A program made the position numbers and the translations under genes. From Candidatus Paceibacter sp. (GTDB taxonomy: Bacteria > Patescibacteriota > Patescibacteriia > S139-126): a stretch of 64,000 bases of DNA. The notes under the pieces were generated by a model. That model was given only the letters and a program-made list of their open reading frames with translations. It was not told where the DNA came from and did not search any database. Shown in pieces: positions 1 through 10,144 of this stretch. The stretch covers positions 89,438 through 153,437 of the forward strand of contig DYGA01000001.1 in the NCBI GenBank assembly GCA_020724865.1, in the 5' to 3' direction. The number at the start of each line of letters is the position of its first letter. The first letter of the stretch is position 1.

Positions 1-420
1 TCTCACTAAAGTTTCAACTATTTCTAAAGCTTGCTCTCCTGTATCTGGTTGAGAAATTAATAATTCATTGATATTAACGCCAATTTTTTGTGCATACTCT
101 GGATCAAGCGCATGTTCAGCGTCAACAAAAGCAGCAATACCGCCTAATTTTTGCACTTCAGCAACTATATGTTGGGCTAAGGTTGTTTTTCCTGAAGCTT
201 CGGGTCCAAAAATTTCAATTATCCTACCTCTAGGCACACCTCCTACGCCCAAAGCAATGTCTAATGATAAACAGCCAGAGGGTACAACATCCACAACCAT
301 AGTTCGAGCTTGGCCAAATTTCATTATTGAACCTTCGCCAAATTTATTCTTAATCTGTTCCACAGCACTAGCGGCTGCTAAATGTTTATCATTTGAATTG
401 TTATCATTATTTTTTGGCAT
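1..420 (-). CDS. recA: Recombinase A, 5' part (runs off the window start)
   Basis: Not in the ORF track. Minus strand from ATG at 420 reads [36 protein letters not shown]...GPEASGKTT...[10 protein letters not shown]...[20 protein letters not shown], which are canonical RecA motifs. Confidence 0.97.
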   Translation of the reverse strand, partial: MPKNNDNNSNDKHLAAASAVEQIKNKFGEGSIMKFGQARTMVVDVVPSGCLSLDIALGVGGVPRGRIIEIFGPEASGKTTLAQHIVAEVQKLGGIAAFVDAEHALDPEYAQKIGVNINELLISQPDTGEQALEIVETLVR

Positions 421-437
421 ATTTTATTTATAAAAAA

Positions 438-1121
438 TTAATTAAATATTTCTGTTCGCCACATTACTCTAACAAATTCTTCTTTAATTGGTCCATTCTT
501 TTTAATAGCTTTAATCTTTAAAATATTAACCCCTGGTTGTAAATCAATTTCTTCTGTAAATAAACCGTTATTGACCGGGACTAATACATTATTAACCATA
601 ACTTCTACTTCTGGGTCTGTTTTACCACTTAAAATAATAGTCGGCACCTCTGTTATAAGATTATCAGTTGGATAATAAATACTCAACTCAGGAGGCATAA
701 AATAAGCCTTAGCCTGCCAACCAATATAACCGATCAATAAAACTAGCAAAAAAACTATTAAAAAATTCCGAATAAACTTAGGCAAAATTATAAAATTTGA
801 TGAAGGTAATGGTAAAGTTTTTTGGAGGCTATTAATGCTACTGGTCGTAAATGAAACTTTGCTTTGTTCATATTTTTTTTCAACTCTTGTCGGATCAAGT
901 TTTACCTCAGAAGCATAACGACGTAAAAAATTTTTTATATAAACTTCACCGGGCAATTTCAACCAATCTTCTGCTTCAATCGCAGTTAAATACTTTTCAG
1001 GAATTGATGTGCGTCTACTTAATTGAGCTAAGCTTAAACCAGCTTCCTGTCTTTTTTTCTTCAATAAATCTCCTAAATTACTACTTTCGTTTTTTATTTT
1101 TTTAACCGTAAATGAAACCAT
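438..1121 (-). CDS. RodZ-like protein: N-terminal XRE-type HTH, one TM helix, C-terminal Ig-like domain
   Basis: GDLLKKKRQEAGLSL...YLTAIEAEDWLKLPGEVYIKNFLRRYA matches the RodZ HTH; a hydrophobic segment and a beta-rich tail follow; lies next to ftsK. Confidence 0.8.
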   Translation of the reverse strand: MVSFTVKKIKNESSNLGDLLKKKRQEAGLSLAQLSRRTSIPEKYLTAIEAEDWLKLPGEVYIKNFLRRYASEVKLDPTRVEKKYEQSKVSFTTSSINSLQKTLPLPSSNFIILPKFIRNFLIVFLLVLLIGYIGWQAKAYFMPPELSIYYPTDNLITEVPTIILSGKTDPEVEVMVNNVLVPVNNGLFTEEIDLQPGVNILKIKAIKKNGPIKEEFVRVMWRTEIFN

Positions 1122-1131
1122 AAATAAATAC

Positions 1132-3342
1132 TTACTCCTTATTTAATTCTTGTTTTTCAGAATAATTTTGCTCTAACTCATTTTCTACATCCATCTCATA
1201 TTCATCACGTGATATCAATACTTCTCTGGGTTTAGCACCATCTCCAGGACCAACCACACCCTCATTTTCCAATAAATCTAACAATCTAGCCGCCCTGGAA
1301 TACCCCACTCTTAATCTTCTTTGTAAATAAGAAGCTGAAGCCTTTTGCGCTTGAATTACTAAATTTCTAGCTTCATCAAGTAAATCATCTTCGTTACTAC
1401 CATAATCCAAACCATTGATACCTTTGTGCTTCTTTTCAGTAATTGTTTGATCATATTCAACTTCAGTGCCATTTTGATTTTTTATATATTCCGTAATCCG
1501 ATTTATTTCTTCATCTGACACTAAGGCTGATTGCAAACGTTTTGGTTTTGATAAATCTGCTGAAATATAAAGCATGTCACCTTTACCCAATAATTTTTCC
1601 GCGCCCGAACTATCCAAAATAGTTCTAGAATCAGTTTGCGAGGCGACGGCAAAAGCAATCCGAGTAGTAATATTTGCTTTAATGAGTCCAGTAATAACAT
1701 TAACTGATGGTCGTTGAGTTGCCAATATCAAATGAATGCCAACCGCTCGGGCCATTTGGGCTAACCTAATAATAGCAGCTTCTACTTCCTGGGCAGCCAC
1801 CGACATTAGATCAGCTAACTCGTCAATAATGATCACAATATATGGCATTTTTTCATTGGGAAAATCTTGATTATATCCAGCAATATTTTTATGTTTAGTC
1901 TGTGATAATTTAACATACCTTTGATCCATTTCAGCAACTGCCCATTTTAAAGCATTAATAGTTTTTTGTACATCTGTTATCACTGGCGTATAAAGATAAG
2001 GCAAATCATTATAGGCAGATAATTCCACTCGCTTGGGGTCTACCAAAATAAAACGCAAATCTTCAGGATTATTTTGATAAAGTAAACTAACAATAATTGT
2101 ATTGATACAAACTGATTTACCGCTGCCAGTGGCTCCAGCTATCAATAAATGAGGCATTTTATCTAAATTAGCCGTCCAAACTTTACCGGCCACATCCTTG
2201 CCGAGGCCAATGGTTAAATTGCTTTGCCTGGTGGTAAATTCTTTAGAAGTAATAACCTCGCGTAAGGATACGGTGGCAATAGATTCATTGGGCACTTCAA
2301 TGCCAACTAATGATTTCCCCGGAATTGGCGCCTCAATTCTTATGGGATGGGCTGCCAAAGCTAAAGCCAAATCATTATGTAAAGCAGTGATACTAGCTAA
2401 TTTCACTCCTTCCACTGGTCGCAGGGTATATTGAGTTACGGTAGGGCCGACACTAACTTCACCCATTTCAACCTCAATACCAAAATTTTGCAATGCTTTT
2501 TTAATTTTTTCTTTATTAGCTTGAATATCACCGCTAGTTGGTTTAGATCTAGTAGGATTAAGTAGATTAATTGGTAACTCAATTTTAACTGATTTTTTTG
2601 GCACAACAATTAACTCGGCTTGTTCGCCTTGATTTAAATTTAATTCTTTTTTGGAAAATTCAATCTCTGTTGCATTATCTGTCAATTCGTCACTAATGGG
2701 AGTTGTTTCATCCTCTTCTTCATCTTTAACATCTCTGGTTAGGCGATCATCACGATGACTAAAATGAAACCACCAGGAAGAAATTTTTTCTCTCCATAAA
2801 ATTAAATTATCAAACTTAACTAAAATAGATTGAAAAGAGGTATTAAATGTTAAAAATAAACCAATTAAAAGTAAAGCTATTAAAACAATAATAGTTGCCC
2901 AAAAACCAAATAATTTAAAAAGTGGCCATGTCACCAACCAACCAAACCAACCGCCTCCAGCGCCATTAATTAAATTTTGAAATGACATTAATTCATAATC
3001 ACGACTAACATGCAATAAACCAAGCAATGCTAAAAAAAATAAAACTAAACCTAAATAATGATTGGGCTTAACACCAAAACGTTCGCTGTCGATAAATAAA
3101 AAACCAACCAATAAAAAAATAAAAGGAAATAAAAAATAAAGCTTACCAAAAAAATATTTTAAAATTTTTAGTAAATAAATACCTACTACACCTGCCGAAT
3201 CAAATAAACTTAAAATCAATAAAGTGGATAGTAATAATACAAAAACAACTCCGATTGATTTTTTTGTTTCCGGAGATAAATGAAAGTTATTAGTCCAAGT
3301 AAATAATTTACTACCACTAAGATTATATTTTCTTTTTTTCAT
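1132..3342 (-). CDS. ftsK: DNA translocase FtsK/SpoIIIE
   Basis: N-terminal TM bundle, Walker A GATGSGKS, IIIDELADLM, LATQRPS, gamma domain SYLQRRLRVGYSRAARL. Confidence 0.97.
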   Translation of the reverse strand: MKKRKYNLSGSKLFTWTNNFHLSPETKKSIGVVFVLLLSTLLILSLFDSAGVVGIYLLKILKYFFGKLYFLFPFIFLLVGFLFIDSERFGVKPNHYLGLVLFFLALLGLLHVSRDYELMSFQNLINGAGGGWFGWLVTWPLFKLFGFWATIIVLIALLLIGLFLTFNTSFQSILVKFDNLILWREKISSWWFHFSHRDDRLTRDVKDEEEDETTPISDELTDNATEIEFSKKELNLNQGEQAELIVVPKKSVKIELPINLLNPTRSKPTSGDIQANKEKIKKALQNFGIEVEMGEVSVGPTVTQYTLRPVEGVKLASITALHNDLALALAAHPIRIEAPIPGKSLVGIEVPNESIATVSLREVITSKEFTTRQSNLTIGLGKDVAGKVWTANLDKMPHLLIAGATGSGKSVCINTIIVSLLYQNNPEDLRFILVDPKRVELSAYNDLPYLYTPVITDVQKTINALKWAVAEMDQRYVKLSQTKHKNIAGYNQDFPNEKMPYIVIIIDELADLMSVAAQEVEAAIIRLAQMARAVGIHLILATQRPSVNVITGLIKANITTRIAFAVASQTDSRTILDSSGAEKLLGKGDMLYISADLSKPKRLQSALVSDEEINRITEYIKNQNGTEVEYDQTITEKKHKGINGLDYGSNEDDLLDEARNLVIQAQKASASYLQRRLRVGYSRAARLLDLLENEGVVGPGDGAKPREVLISRDEYEMDVENELEQNYSEKQELNKE

Positions 3343-3427
3343 AAAAATCCGAATCTATTACTTGAATATTATAACAAATTAAACGATTTTCAAAAAGATA
3401 ACTGAATAAAATATTTGTCCGCCCTGC

Positions 3428-4300
3428 TTAGGTTATTTCAACTTTTTCTAAATTAATATTTTGTCCCATAAAATTCTTGGCAATATCATTTAAATGAGGA
3501 GTGAGATCGGAAACAAAATATCTAATCTGCTTACGTTTTGACAATGAACGGTCAATATCTGGATTACTCAACAAAAAATCTTTTAATTCCTTGGCTACCT
3601 GTAAAGCCGGGTTTATAATTTTGGCATTTTTCATTTTGGCTGAAATTAAATCATAAATTATTGGATAATGTGTACAACCTAAAATTAAAGTATCAATTTG
3701 TTCTTTTTTTAATGGTTGTAAATATTGTTTGATGATTTTCACTGCTTCGGATTTATAAATATAATTTTCCTCAATCAAAGGTACAAGTAAAGGTGCGATT
3801 TGATAAAATATTTTAATTTTTTGATCTGCAGTTTTTTTTATTTGTTGCTGCCGTCGAACAAAAGCGGGAACATTGATATTGCTGTCTGTTATATTTTCTT
3901 TGCCATGTAAATTTAAAACTTTTAATTCCTTAGTAAAAGCGTTGGAACTGATGGTTGCTCTAGTAGCAATGACGCCAATTCTACCTGATTTAGTAACTTG
4001 TAAAGCAGCCCGCAAAGCTGGTTGAATTACCCCAAAAATTGGGACTGGAAAATTATTTCGCAAATTTTCTAAAGCAACAGCGGAAACTGTATTACAAGCA
4101 ACGACAATTATTTTTGCTCCCATTTTAATTAAAAAATTAGCATCTTCTTGAGCATATTGGTTTATTAAAGCCGATGATCTATTGCCATATGGCACCCTAG
4201 CTGTATCACCAAAATATACTAAATCATAAAAAGGTAATAATCTTTTTATCTCTTTTAATACCGTCAAACCGCCTATCCCAGAATCAAAAATACCGATCAT
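3428..4300 (-). CDS. murI: Glutamate racemase
   Basis: IGIFDSGIGGLTV, GDTARVPYG, catalytic ACNT and LGCTHYP. Confidence 0.96.
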   Translation of the reverse strand: MIGIFDSGIGGLTVLKEIKRLLPFYDLVYFGDTARVPYGNRSSALINQYAQEDANFLIKMGAKIIVVACNTVSAVALENLRNNFPVPIFGVIQPALRAALQVTKSGRIGVIATRATISSNAFTKELKVLNLHGKENITDSNINVPAFVRRQQQIKKTADQKIKIFYQIAPLLVPLIEENYIYKSEAVKIIKQYLQPLKKEQIDTLILGCTHYPIIYDLISAKMKNAKIINPALQVAKELKDFLLSNPDIDRSLSKRKQIRYFVSDLTPHLNDIAKNFMGQNINLEKVEIT

Positions 4301-4332
4301 AATAATTTAATTTAATAATAAAACAAACAATG

Positions 4333-5685
4333 TTAATTTTTTTCAGCTTCTCCCTGTATAACTCCTAATACTAAGTTAGTTTTATTTTTTAATAACTGTT
4401 CATTATTTGCTTCGACTGTAACTCTTAATAGCGGTTCTGTGTTTGATGGACGGACATTGAACCACCAATCATTATATTCTACAGTAATCCCATCGGTAAA
4501 ATCTTGTTGACCATCTGAAAAATAATTTTTAATAACATCTATTTTTTCTTCGCTGTTGGTTACTGGTAAATTTATTTCAGCATTTTTGGCATACTTGTAA
4601 AAAGGTTTGACAACCGCTGATAAAGGCTGATTATATTCTGATAACAGTTGCATCATTATCAACCAAGAAATAAAACCAGAATCACTATAAAAATTATCTC
4701 GAAATGAATAATGTGCTGATAGTTCACCACCCATTATTCCATCCGCCGTCCGCATATTGTTCGCAATATTGATATAGCCGGCTGGTGATTTAATAGGCCT
4801 ACCGCCCCATTCACTAATTTTTTCCGGCACTATTTTTGAACAAATTACATTATAAACAATGCCCGCTCCCGGTTCTCTAGTTAAAAACATTTTAGCTAGC
4901 AGTAATAAAGTTATGTCAGCTCTAATAAAATTACCTAATTCATCAATAAAAAACAGTCGGTCAGTATCACCATCAAAAATTACTCCAAAATTTGCCTTAG
5001 TGGCAACTGTCTGTTCACTAATTTGAATCTGACTTTCCGGTAAAAGCGGGTTAGACGGATGAACAGGAAAACTGCCATCTAAATTAAAATTTAGAGGAAC
5101 TATTTGTATTGGTAAGTGTTTAGCCAATAAAGGAACAATTTTTCCAGCCATACCGTTTCCGGCATCAACCACCACTTTAAATGGTTTTATTTTATTGATG
5201 TCAACAAAAGATAAAACATGATCAATATATTTATTTAAAATATCAACTTTTTCAATTTGCCCTTTTTTAATATTTTCTAATGGTGGCAAATTTATAACTT
5301 CATCTTTTAATTCTATGCCTCTAACCCAATTCATCCCAGTAAATACCATTTTAAAACCATTATACTCAGCAGGATTGTGCGAAGCTGTTATCATTACCGC
5401 AGCGTCATAACCTAATTTCCCCACGGTAAAATAAGTGGCATCTATTGAAACCAAACCAATATCAACTGCAGTTAATCCCTCATCAGTAATACCACGAATT
5501 AATTCAGTTTTTAAAACCGGACCTGACAATCTCATATCACTACCCACTACTATTTTTTTACAACCATATTTTGTTTTCCCTCGTCTGGCCAAAGCCCGGC
5601 CAATACTATAAGCTGCTTCTTCATTTAATTCAGTGGGGTAAATACCACGAATATCATAAGCTTTGAATATTTTCTCATTTATCAT
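4333..5685 (-). CDS. Phosphomannomutase/phosphoglucomutase
   Basis: FKAYDIRG, TASHNP phosphoserine loop, DGDTDR metal loop, RPSNTEP. Confidence 0.95.
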   Translation of the reverse strand: MINEKIFKAYDIRGIYPTELNEEAAYSIGRALARRGKTKYGCKKIVVGSDMRLSGPVLKTELIRGITDEGLTAVDIGLVSIDATYFTVGKLGYDAAVMITASHNPAEYNGFKMVFTGMNWVRGIELKDEVINLPPLENIKKGQIEKVDILNKYIDHVLSFVDINKIKPFKVVVDAGNGMAGKIVPLLAKHLPIQIVPLNFNLDGSFPVHPSNPLLPESQIQISEQTVATKANFGVIFDGDTDRLFFIDELGNFIRADITLLLLAKMFLTREPGAGIVYNVICSKIVPEKISEWGGRPIKSPAGYINIANNMRTADGIMGGELSAHYSFRDNFYSDSGFISWLIMMQLLSEYNQPLSAVVKPFYKYAKNAEINLPVTNSEEKIDVIKNYFSDGQQDFTDGITVEYNDWWFNVRPSNTEPLLRVTVEANNEQLLKNKTNLVLGVIQGEAEKN

Positions 5686-5739
5686 TTTTTTATAAATATA
5701 ATCTTTAGCAATATAATCCTAGCAAATAAACCAAAAGAA

Positions 5740-5768
5740 AAAAACCCGCCTTTGAAAAGCGGGTTTTT
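5740..5768 (-). terminator. Intrinsic terminator after the sigma/anti-sigma pair
   Basis: AAAAACCCGC...GCGGGTTTTT hairpin. Confidence 0.7.
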
Positions 5769-5783
5769 AAAAAAACATAATCT

Positions 5784-7325
5784 TTATTGAGCGGATTCCA
5801 TAATTTTTATTGGTCCACCCCAATCATTTGCCGACAATAAATCTTTAGCTAGTGGTACAACTACTGCTTTTTTATAAACATCAACTTCGGCTGGTTTGTC
5901 TAAAATCGGAAATATCAAAGCCGGAATATATAGCTCATCACCTTCAGAAGCCCCTGGTTTAAAATTCCACATTCTAATATAAGAAATTATAGGCGTACCC
6001 AAACCAACTTCCACCCGATTAGGAGCATCTTCCCACTGCCAACTGTAAAGTCCTCCTCGTTCGGCATACTTTAAAATGGTATCAACGTTGGTTTCCGCAT
6101 CATACAGAGAACTTTGGTAATTCTGAGCAAATAGATTCCATACACCAGTTGCTTTTTTATACCTAATATTTACATTGACATAAAGACCGGTTTTATTACC
6201 ACTCTCATCATATACTTCTTTACCTTGTAAAATTTGTGGATAAACTACTGAAACCACTTCAGGAATATAAACATCTTGTTTATTTTCTGCTCGTTCATAC
6301 CAAACTCGCCAATCATTATTTACTATCGGTTCACCATAAGAACTGGTATTAATTCCATAATTACTAATAAACTCATTAGCTAAAGCAATAATCTCTTCAT
6401 CTGAAAGCATATCATTGATACTTAACTGAAAACTTCGATAACAAGCGTCATCCTGACACTGACTCATCGGATTTGGCCACTTAGGATAATTTTCTGACAC
6501 CGAGATACTGCTATCATATAAATTAGCATAAATGGAATAACCAAATTCACGATCTTCAACAAAATTTAAATTTTGTAATTGAATATTGGTAAATTTACCA
6601 AGATCCATTAGACCAAAATCAACTCCAGTAAGTAAAGAACCTAACTGACTAGCACTAGCAGAATTTTTTACTCTTTTTAATACTCCAACTTTATCTTGAT
6701 TTAATTCTAAAGGTTCGCCTTTATAAACATAAGATATATAAACTGGCGCAGGCATAATCATTCCGCCACCGCCAAAACCAGGCTCAACTGAAGTGGCTAC
6801 TTTGTCTCCGGTCGCCACTGCTTCGGGAACTGTTTCTGACCTAACAGCTAAACTGCCTTCACCCATTCCTCCAGCCCCTAAACCTTCAACCCCAGCTGGT
6901 AATCCAGTATTTTGTGGCTGTAAAACCCCGAAGGCTCGATCAGAAACTTCTACCAAATTAAATTGTGAATTCAATGCTAATTTAGTTCCAGCCACACGAA
7001 ATTTAGGAGAAGTTAAATAAAAACTTGAACTAATAGCTAAGGCCATTACAGCTACGCCGACTGCTACGTAAGAGAAACTACGAGCAAATTTAAGAAAAGA
7101 AAATTTAAACATATATTTATCATTTAATTTTTTAGTATTTTTAATAGTATTTGCTTTTGCCAACAATTGAACTTTTAATTGCTGACGAAAACTTTCATCA
7201 AGCGAAACATCTGGTTTAGATTTAATTAATTCTTCCATAAGATTTATTAATTGCTTTTCATATTTTTTTAAATCCGGATCATTTTGATAAAGCTCGGTCA
7301 ATATTTCTTGATAAAAATTTTCCAT
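5784..7325 (-). CDS. Putative membrane-anchored anti-sigma factor with a large extracytoplasmic domain
   Basis: Starts 1 nt after the ECF sigma stop; small helical N-domain (PDVSLDESFRQQLK), one TM segment, large C-terminal domain. Confidence 0.6.
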   Translation of the reverse strand: MENFYQEILTELYQNDPDLKKYEKQLINLMEELIKSKPDVSLDESFRQQLKVQLLAKANTIKNTKKLNDKYMFKFSFLKFARSFSYVAVGVAVMALAISSSFYLTSPKFRVAGTKLALNSQFNLVEVSDRAFGVLQPQNTGLPAGVEGLGAGGMGEGSLAVRSETVPEAVATGDKVATSVEPGFGGGGMIMPAPVYISYVYKGEPLELNQDKVGVLKRVKNSASASQLGSLLTGVDFGLMDLGKFTNIQLQNLNFVEDREFGYSIYANLYDSSISVSENYPKWPNPMSQCQDDACYRSFQLSINDMLSDEEIIALANEFISNYGINTSSYGEPIVNNDWRVWYERAENKQDVYIPEVVSVVYPQILQGKEVYDESGNKTGLYVNVNIRYKKATGVWNLFAQNYQSSLYDAETNVDTILKYAERGGLYSWQWEDAPNRVEVGLGTPIISYIRMWNFKPGASEGDELYIPALIFPILDKPAEVDVYKKAVVVPLAKDLLSANDWGGPIKIMESAQ

Positions 7326-7326
7326 A

Positions 7327-7887
7327 TTATAAATAATTAATTATTAAAGCAAATAAAAGTAAAATAATTTCATCTTGCATTTTAATAAGTGCTCGAGAAA
7401 AAATCATTTTACAACTAGCCTCAGTTTTACCAAGTAAACTAGCTATTTCTTGGTAAGGTAAATTGTCCCACAATCTTAGAAGTACAACCTCTCTCTGTTC
7501 TGGCTGAAGTTTATTGATATATTTTTGCACTTTAAGTAATAATTCACGATTATCAAATTCAGCTACCAAATCCGTTTTATCTCCTAAGTGCCAAGCATCG
7601 ACTAAATCTTCTTCAGGATAAGAATTCCGGTAGTGGTCAATGACTGTATTGCGGGCAATTTGATATAACCAGGTGGCAAATAATCCTTTTTCGCTATCAT
7701 AAGTGTTAATTTTTTCTAAAGCTTTCATAAAAGTTTGACTGGTCAAATCTTCGGCTGTTTCAGTATGCATAGTTTTGTAATAAATAAAACGATATATTTT
7801 ATCTACGAACATCTCATACAAAATTGCAAATTTTTCTAACTCTCCTCTTTGACAAGCGGAGATTGCTTCAGTTTGATTTGTATCCAT
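7327..7887 (-). CDS. ECF RNA polymerase sigma-70 factor
   Basis: AEDLTSQTF, FATWLYQIARNTVIDHYR, region 4 LPYQEIASLLG; ATG at 7887 preferred over the TTG at 7899. Confidence 0.92.
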   Translation of the reverse strand: MDTNQTEAISACQRGELEKFAILYEMFVDKIYRFIYYKTMHTETAEDLTSQTFMKALEKINTYDSEKGLFATWLYQIARNTVIDHYRNSYPEEDLVDAWHLGDKTDLVAEFDNRELLLKVQKYINKLQPEQREVVLLRLWDNLPYQEIASLLGKTEASCKMIFSRALIKMQDEIILLLFALIINYL

Positions 7888-8022
7888 GTTTTTCCCCAAA
7901 TTAAATATAAAGGTTTGCCTTGGCTATAATATCCTTGGCGGCGCGCCCGCCTAAATATATTTCGCCTTAATTTTACACTTATCATAACATTTTCTATTAA
8001 TTTTCTCACCTCTATATTTAAA

Positions 8023-8048
8023 TACGTTATAAAAAGCTAAAAGTAACA
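8023..8048 (-). promoter_or_regulatory. Candidate ECF-type (autoregulatory) promoter
   Basis: Minus strand TGTTAC-N16-CGTA upstream of the ECF gene resembles the ECF GTAAC...CGT architecture. Confidence 0.4.
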
Positions 8049-8080
8049 GAAAAATTAAATTTGTTTGCTATAATAACCCT

Positions 8081-10090
8081 ATGACTAAAAAAATCTATAA
8101 TCTACGTACAACCAAACCAACAAAAATTCAACTTGATTACACTAAAGACTTAAATGCTGAACAGCAGTTAGTGGTAAAATCAGCCGATGGGCCCTGTTTG
8201 GTATTGGCTGGAGCCGGCAGTGGTAAAACCAGAACCTTAGTATATAGAGTGGCCTACTTACTAGAAAAAGGGGTACCGGCTGACAAAATTCTACTAATGA
8301 CTTTTACCAATAAAGCAGCTAAAGAAATGTTATGGCGCGTTGAGCAATTGCTTGGCTTTAAACCTCAGCAACTTTGGGGAGGAACCTTTCATCATATTGG
8401 CAATATGCTCTTAAGAAAATACATTCAACATCTAGGTTATAATCAAAATTATTCCATCTTTGATGAAGATGATGCAGAAACTTTATTACAATCTATCATA
8501 GCAGAAAAAAATATTAAAAAAGATAAATATTTCCCCAAAAGTGGGGTTTTGAAAAATCTTATTAGTTATAGCAAAAATTCTGGGCAACCAATAGAAAAAA
8601 TATATAAAGAAAAATTTTCTTACTTAAAAACAAACATCCTGCCTGATATTATTGACATAACTTATATTTATGAACAGCGAAAAAAACAACACAACGCTTT
8701 AGACTATGACGATTTATTGTTATTGTGGCTAAAATTAATGGAAACAAAACCTGTTGTAAGAAAGGAGATAATCAAAAAATTTCAATATATTTTGGTAGAT
8801 GAATATCAAGACACTAATCATTTACAAGCTAAAATTATTGAACACTTAAGCCAACAGCATAAAAATATTTTAGTAGTTGGAGATGACGCTCAAAGTATTT
8901 ACTCTTTTCGAGCTGCGGATATTAGCAATATTCTACAATTTCCTAAAAAAATATCTGGTACAAAAATTTTTAAACTAGAAAATAACTATCGCTCAACGCC
9001 AGAAATCTTAAAATTAGCCAACAATTCAATTAAAAATAATCTACATCAATTTCCCAAAAACTTAAAAGCTACCAGAGCCAGCGGGGAAAAACCAATCTTA
9101 ATACCCGCCCAAAATATTGAACAACAAGCACAATTTATTTCCCAAAGGATTATTGAACTCACAGAAGAAGGCTATAAATTACGAGATATAGCCGTTTTAT
9201 TTCGAGCTGATTTTCATGCTTTGGAACTTGAAATAGAATTAAACAAAAAAAATATACCCTATATTAAAAGGGGGGGAATAAAATTTTTTGAACAAGCTCA
9301 TCTTAAAGACATAATTTCTTTTTTAAAAATTTTACATAACCCTCATGATGAAATTGCCTGGACCAGAATTCTCAATCTTCAAGTTGGCATTGGCCGAGTC
9401 GGAGCACAAAAAATTATCAATCAATTTACCAGTCTTACTTTGGATAAAATATTAAATACAGACTTTATTTTACCTGCCAATTTAAAATCTACTTGGCAAA
9501 AATTTAAAACTGATTTAAATAAATTTTTTAATCATGATAAAAATGATATTGATGGTTGTATTAGAGAATTAATGTCATCATTCTATACGGTTTATCTGCA
9601 AACTAAATACGACAACGCTACCAAAAGAATCGAAGACATTGAACAACTAGAAAATTTCGCTTCAAATTATCAGCAACTTGAACAATTTTTGTCAGACATA
9701 TCTTTATCAGAAAACTTTCGCGCCGATGAAGTTAATCCTGAAAAAAATGAACCAGAAGATTTTTTAATTTTATCTACCATTCATCAAGCTAAAGGTTTAG
9801 AATGGCCGGTGGTATTTATTATAAATCTGGTTAGCGGACAATTTCCTCATGCCAAAGCTATGGAAAATAATGAGGAATTTGAAGAAGAAAGAAGATTATT
9901 TTATGTAGCTACTACCAGAGCTCAAAATTTATTATATATGGTTTATCCTAATATACTGTATAATCAATATTATGGTTTTATTTTTAGTCAACCTTCCGAA
10001 TTTATTCAAGAATTAGATAGTAACCTATATGATATTTGGAATATAACTACAACTGAGGATGAAGATTTGCCTACGATTGAATATCAATGA
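8081..10090 (+). CDS. UvrD/PcrA superfamily I helicase
   Basis: AGAGSGKT, TFTNKAA, VDEYQD, VGDDAQSIYSFR, NYRS, STIHQAKGLEW, EERRLFYVATTRA. Confidence 0.95.
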   Translation: MTKKIYNLRTTKPTKIQLDYTKDLNAEQQLVVKSADGPCLVLAGAGSGKTRTLVYRVAYLLEKGVPADKILLMTFTNKAAKEMLWRVEQLLGFKPQQLWGGTFHHIGNMLLRKYIQHLGYNQNYSIFDEDDAETLLQSIIAEKNIKKDKYFPKSGVLKNLISYSKNSGQPIEKIYKEKFSYLKTNILPDIIDITYIYEQRKKQHNALDYDDLLLLWLKLMETKPVVRKEIIKKFQYILVDEYQDTNHLQAKIIEHLSQQHKNILVVGDDAQSIYSFRAADISNILQFPKKISGTKIFKLENNYRSTPEILKLANNSIKNNLHQFPKNLKATRASGEKPILIPAQNIEQQAQFISQRIIELTEEGYKLRDIAVLFRADFHALELEIELNKKNIPYIKRGGIKFFEQAHLKDIISFLKILHNPHDEIAWTRILNLQVGIGRVGAQKIINQFTSLTLDKILNTDFILPANLKSTWQKFKTDLNKFFNHDKNDIDGCIRELMSSFYTVYLQTKYDNATKRIEDIEQLENFASNYQQLEQFLSDISLSENFRADEVNPEKNEPEDFLILSTIHQAKGLEWPVVFIINLVSGQFPHAKAMENNEEFEEERRLFYVATTRAQNLLYMVYPNILYNQYYGFIFSQPSEFIQELDSNLYDIWNITTTEDEDLPTIEYQ

Positions 10091-10144
10091 GGCAAAATAC
10101 ATAAAATTGTGCTAAAATAAAAACGATTAATAATTATTAATTTT

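Noticed and set aside
68-433. 121-aa plus-strand ORF
   Set aside because: Antisense shadow of recA.
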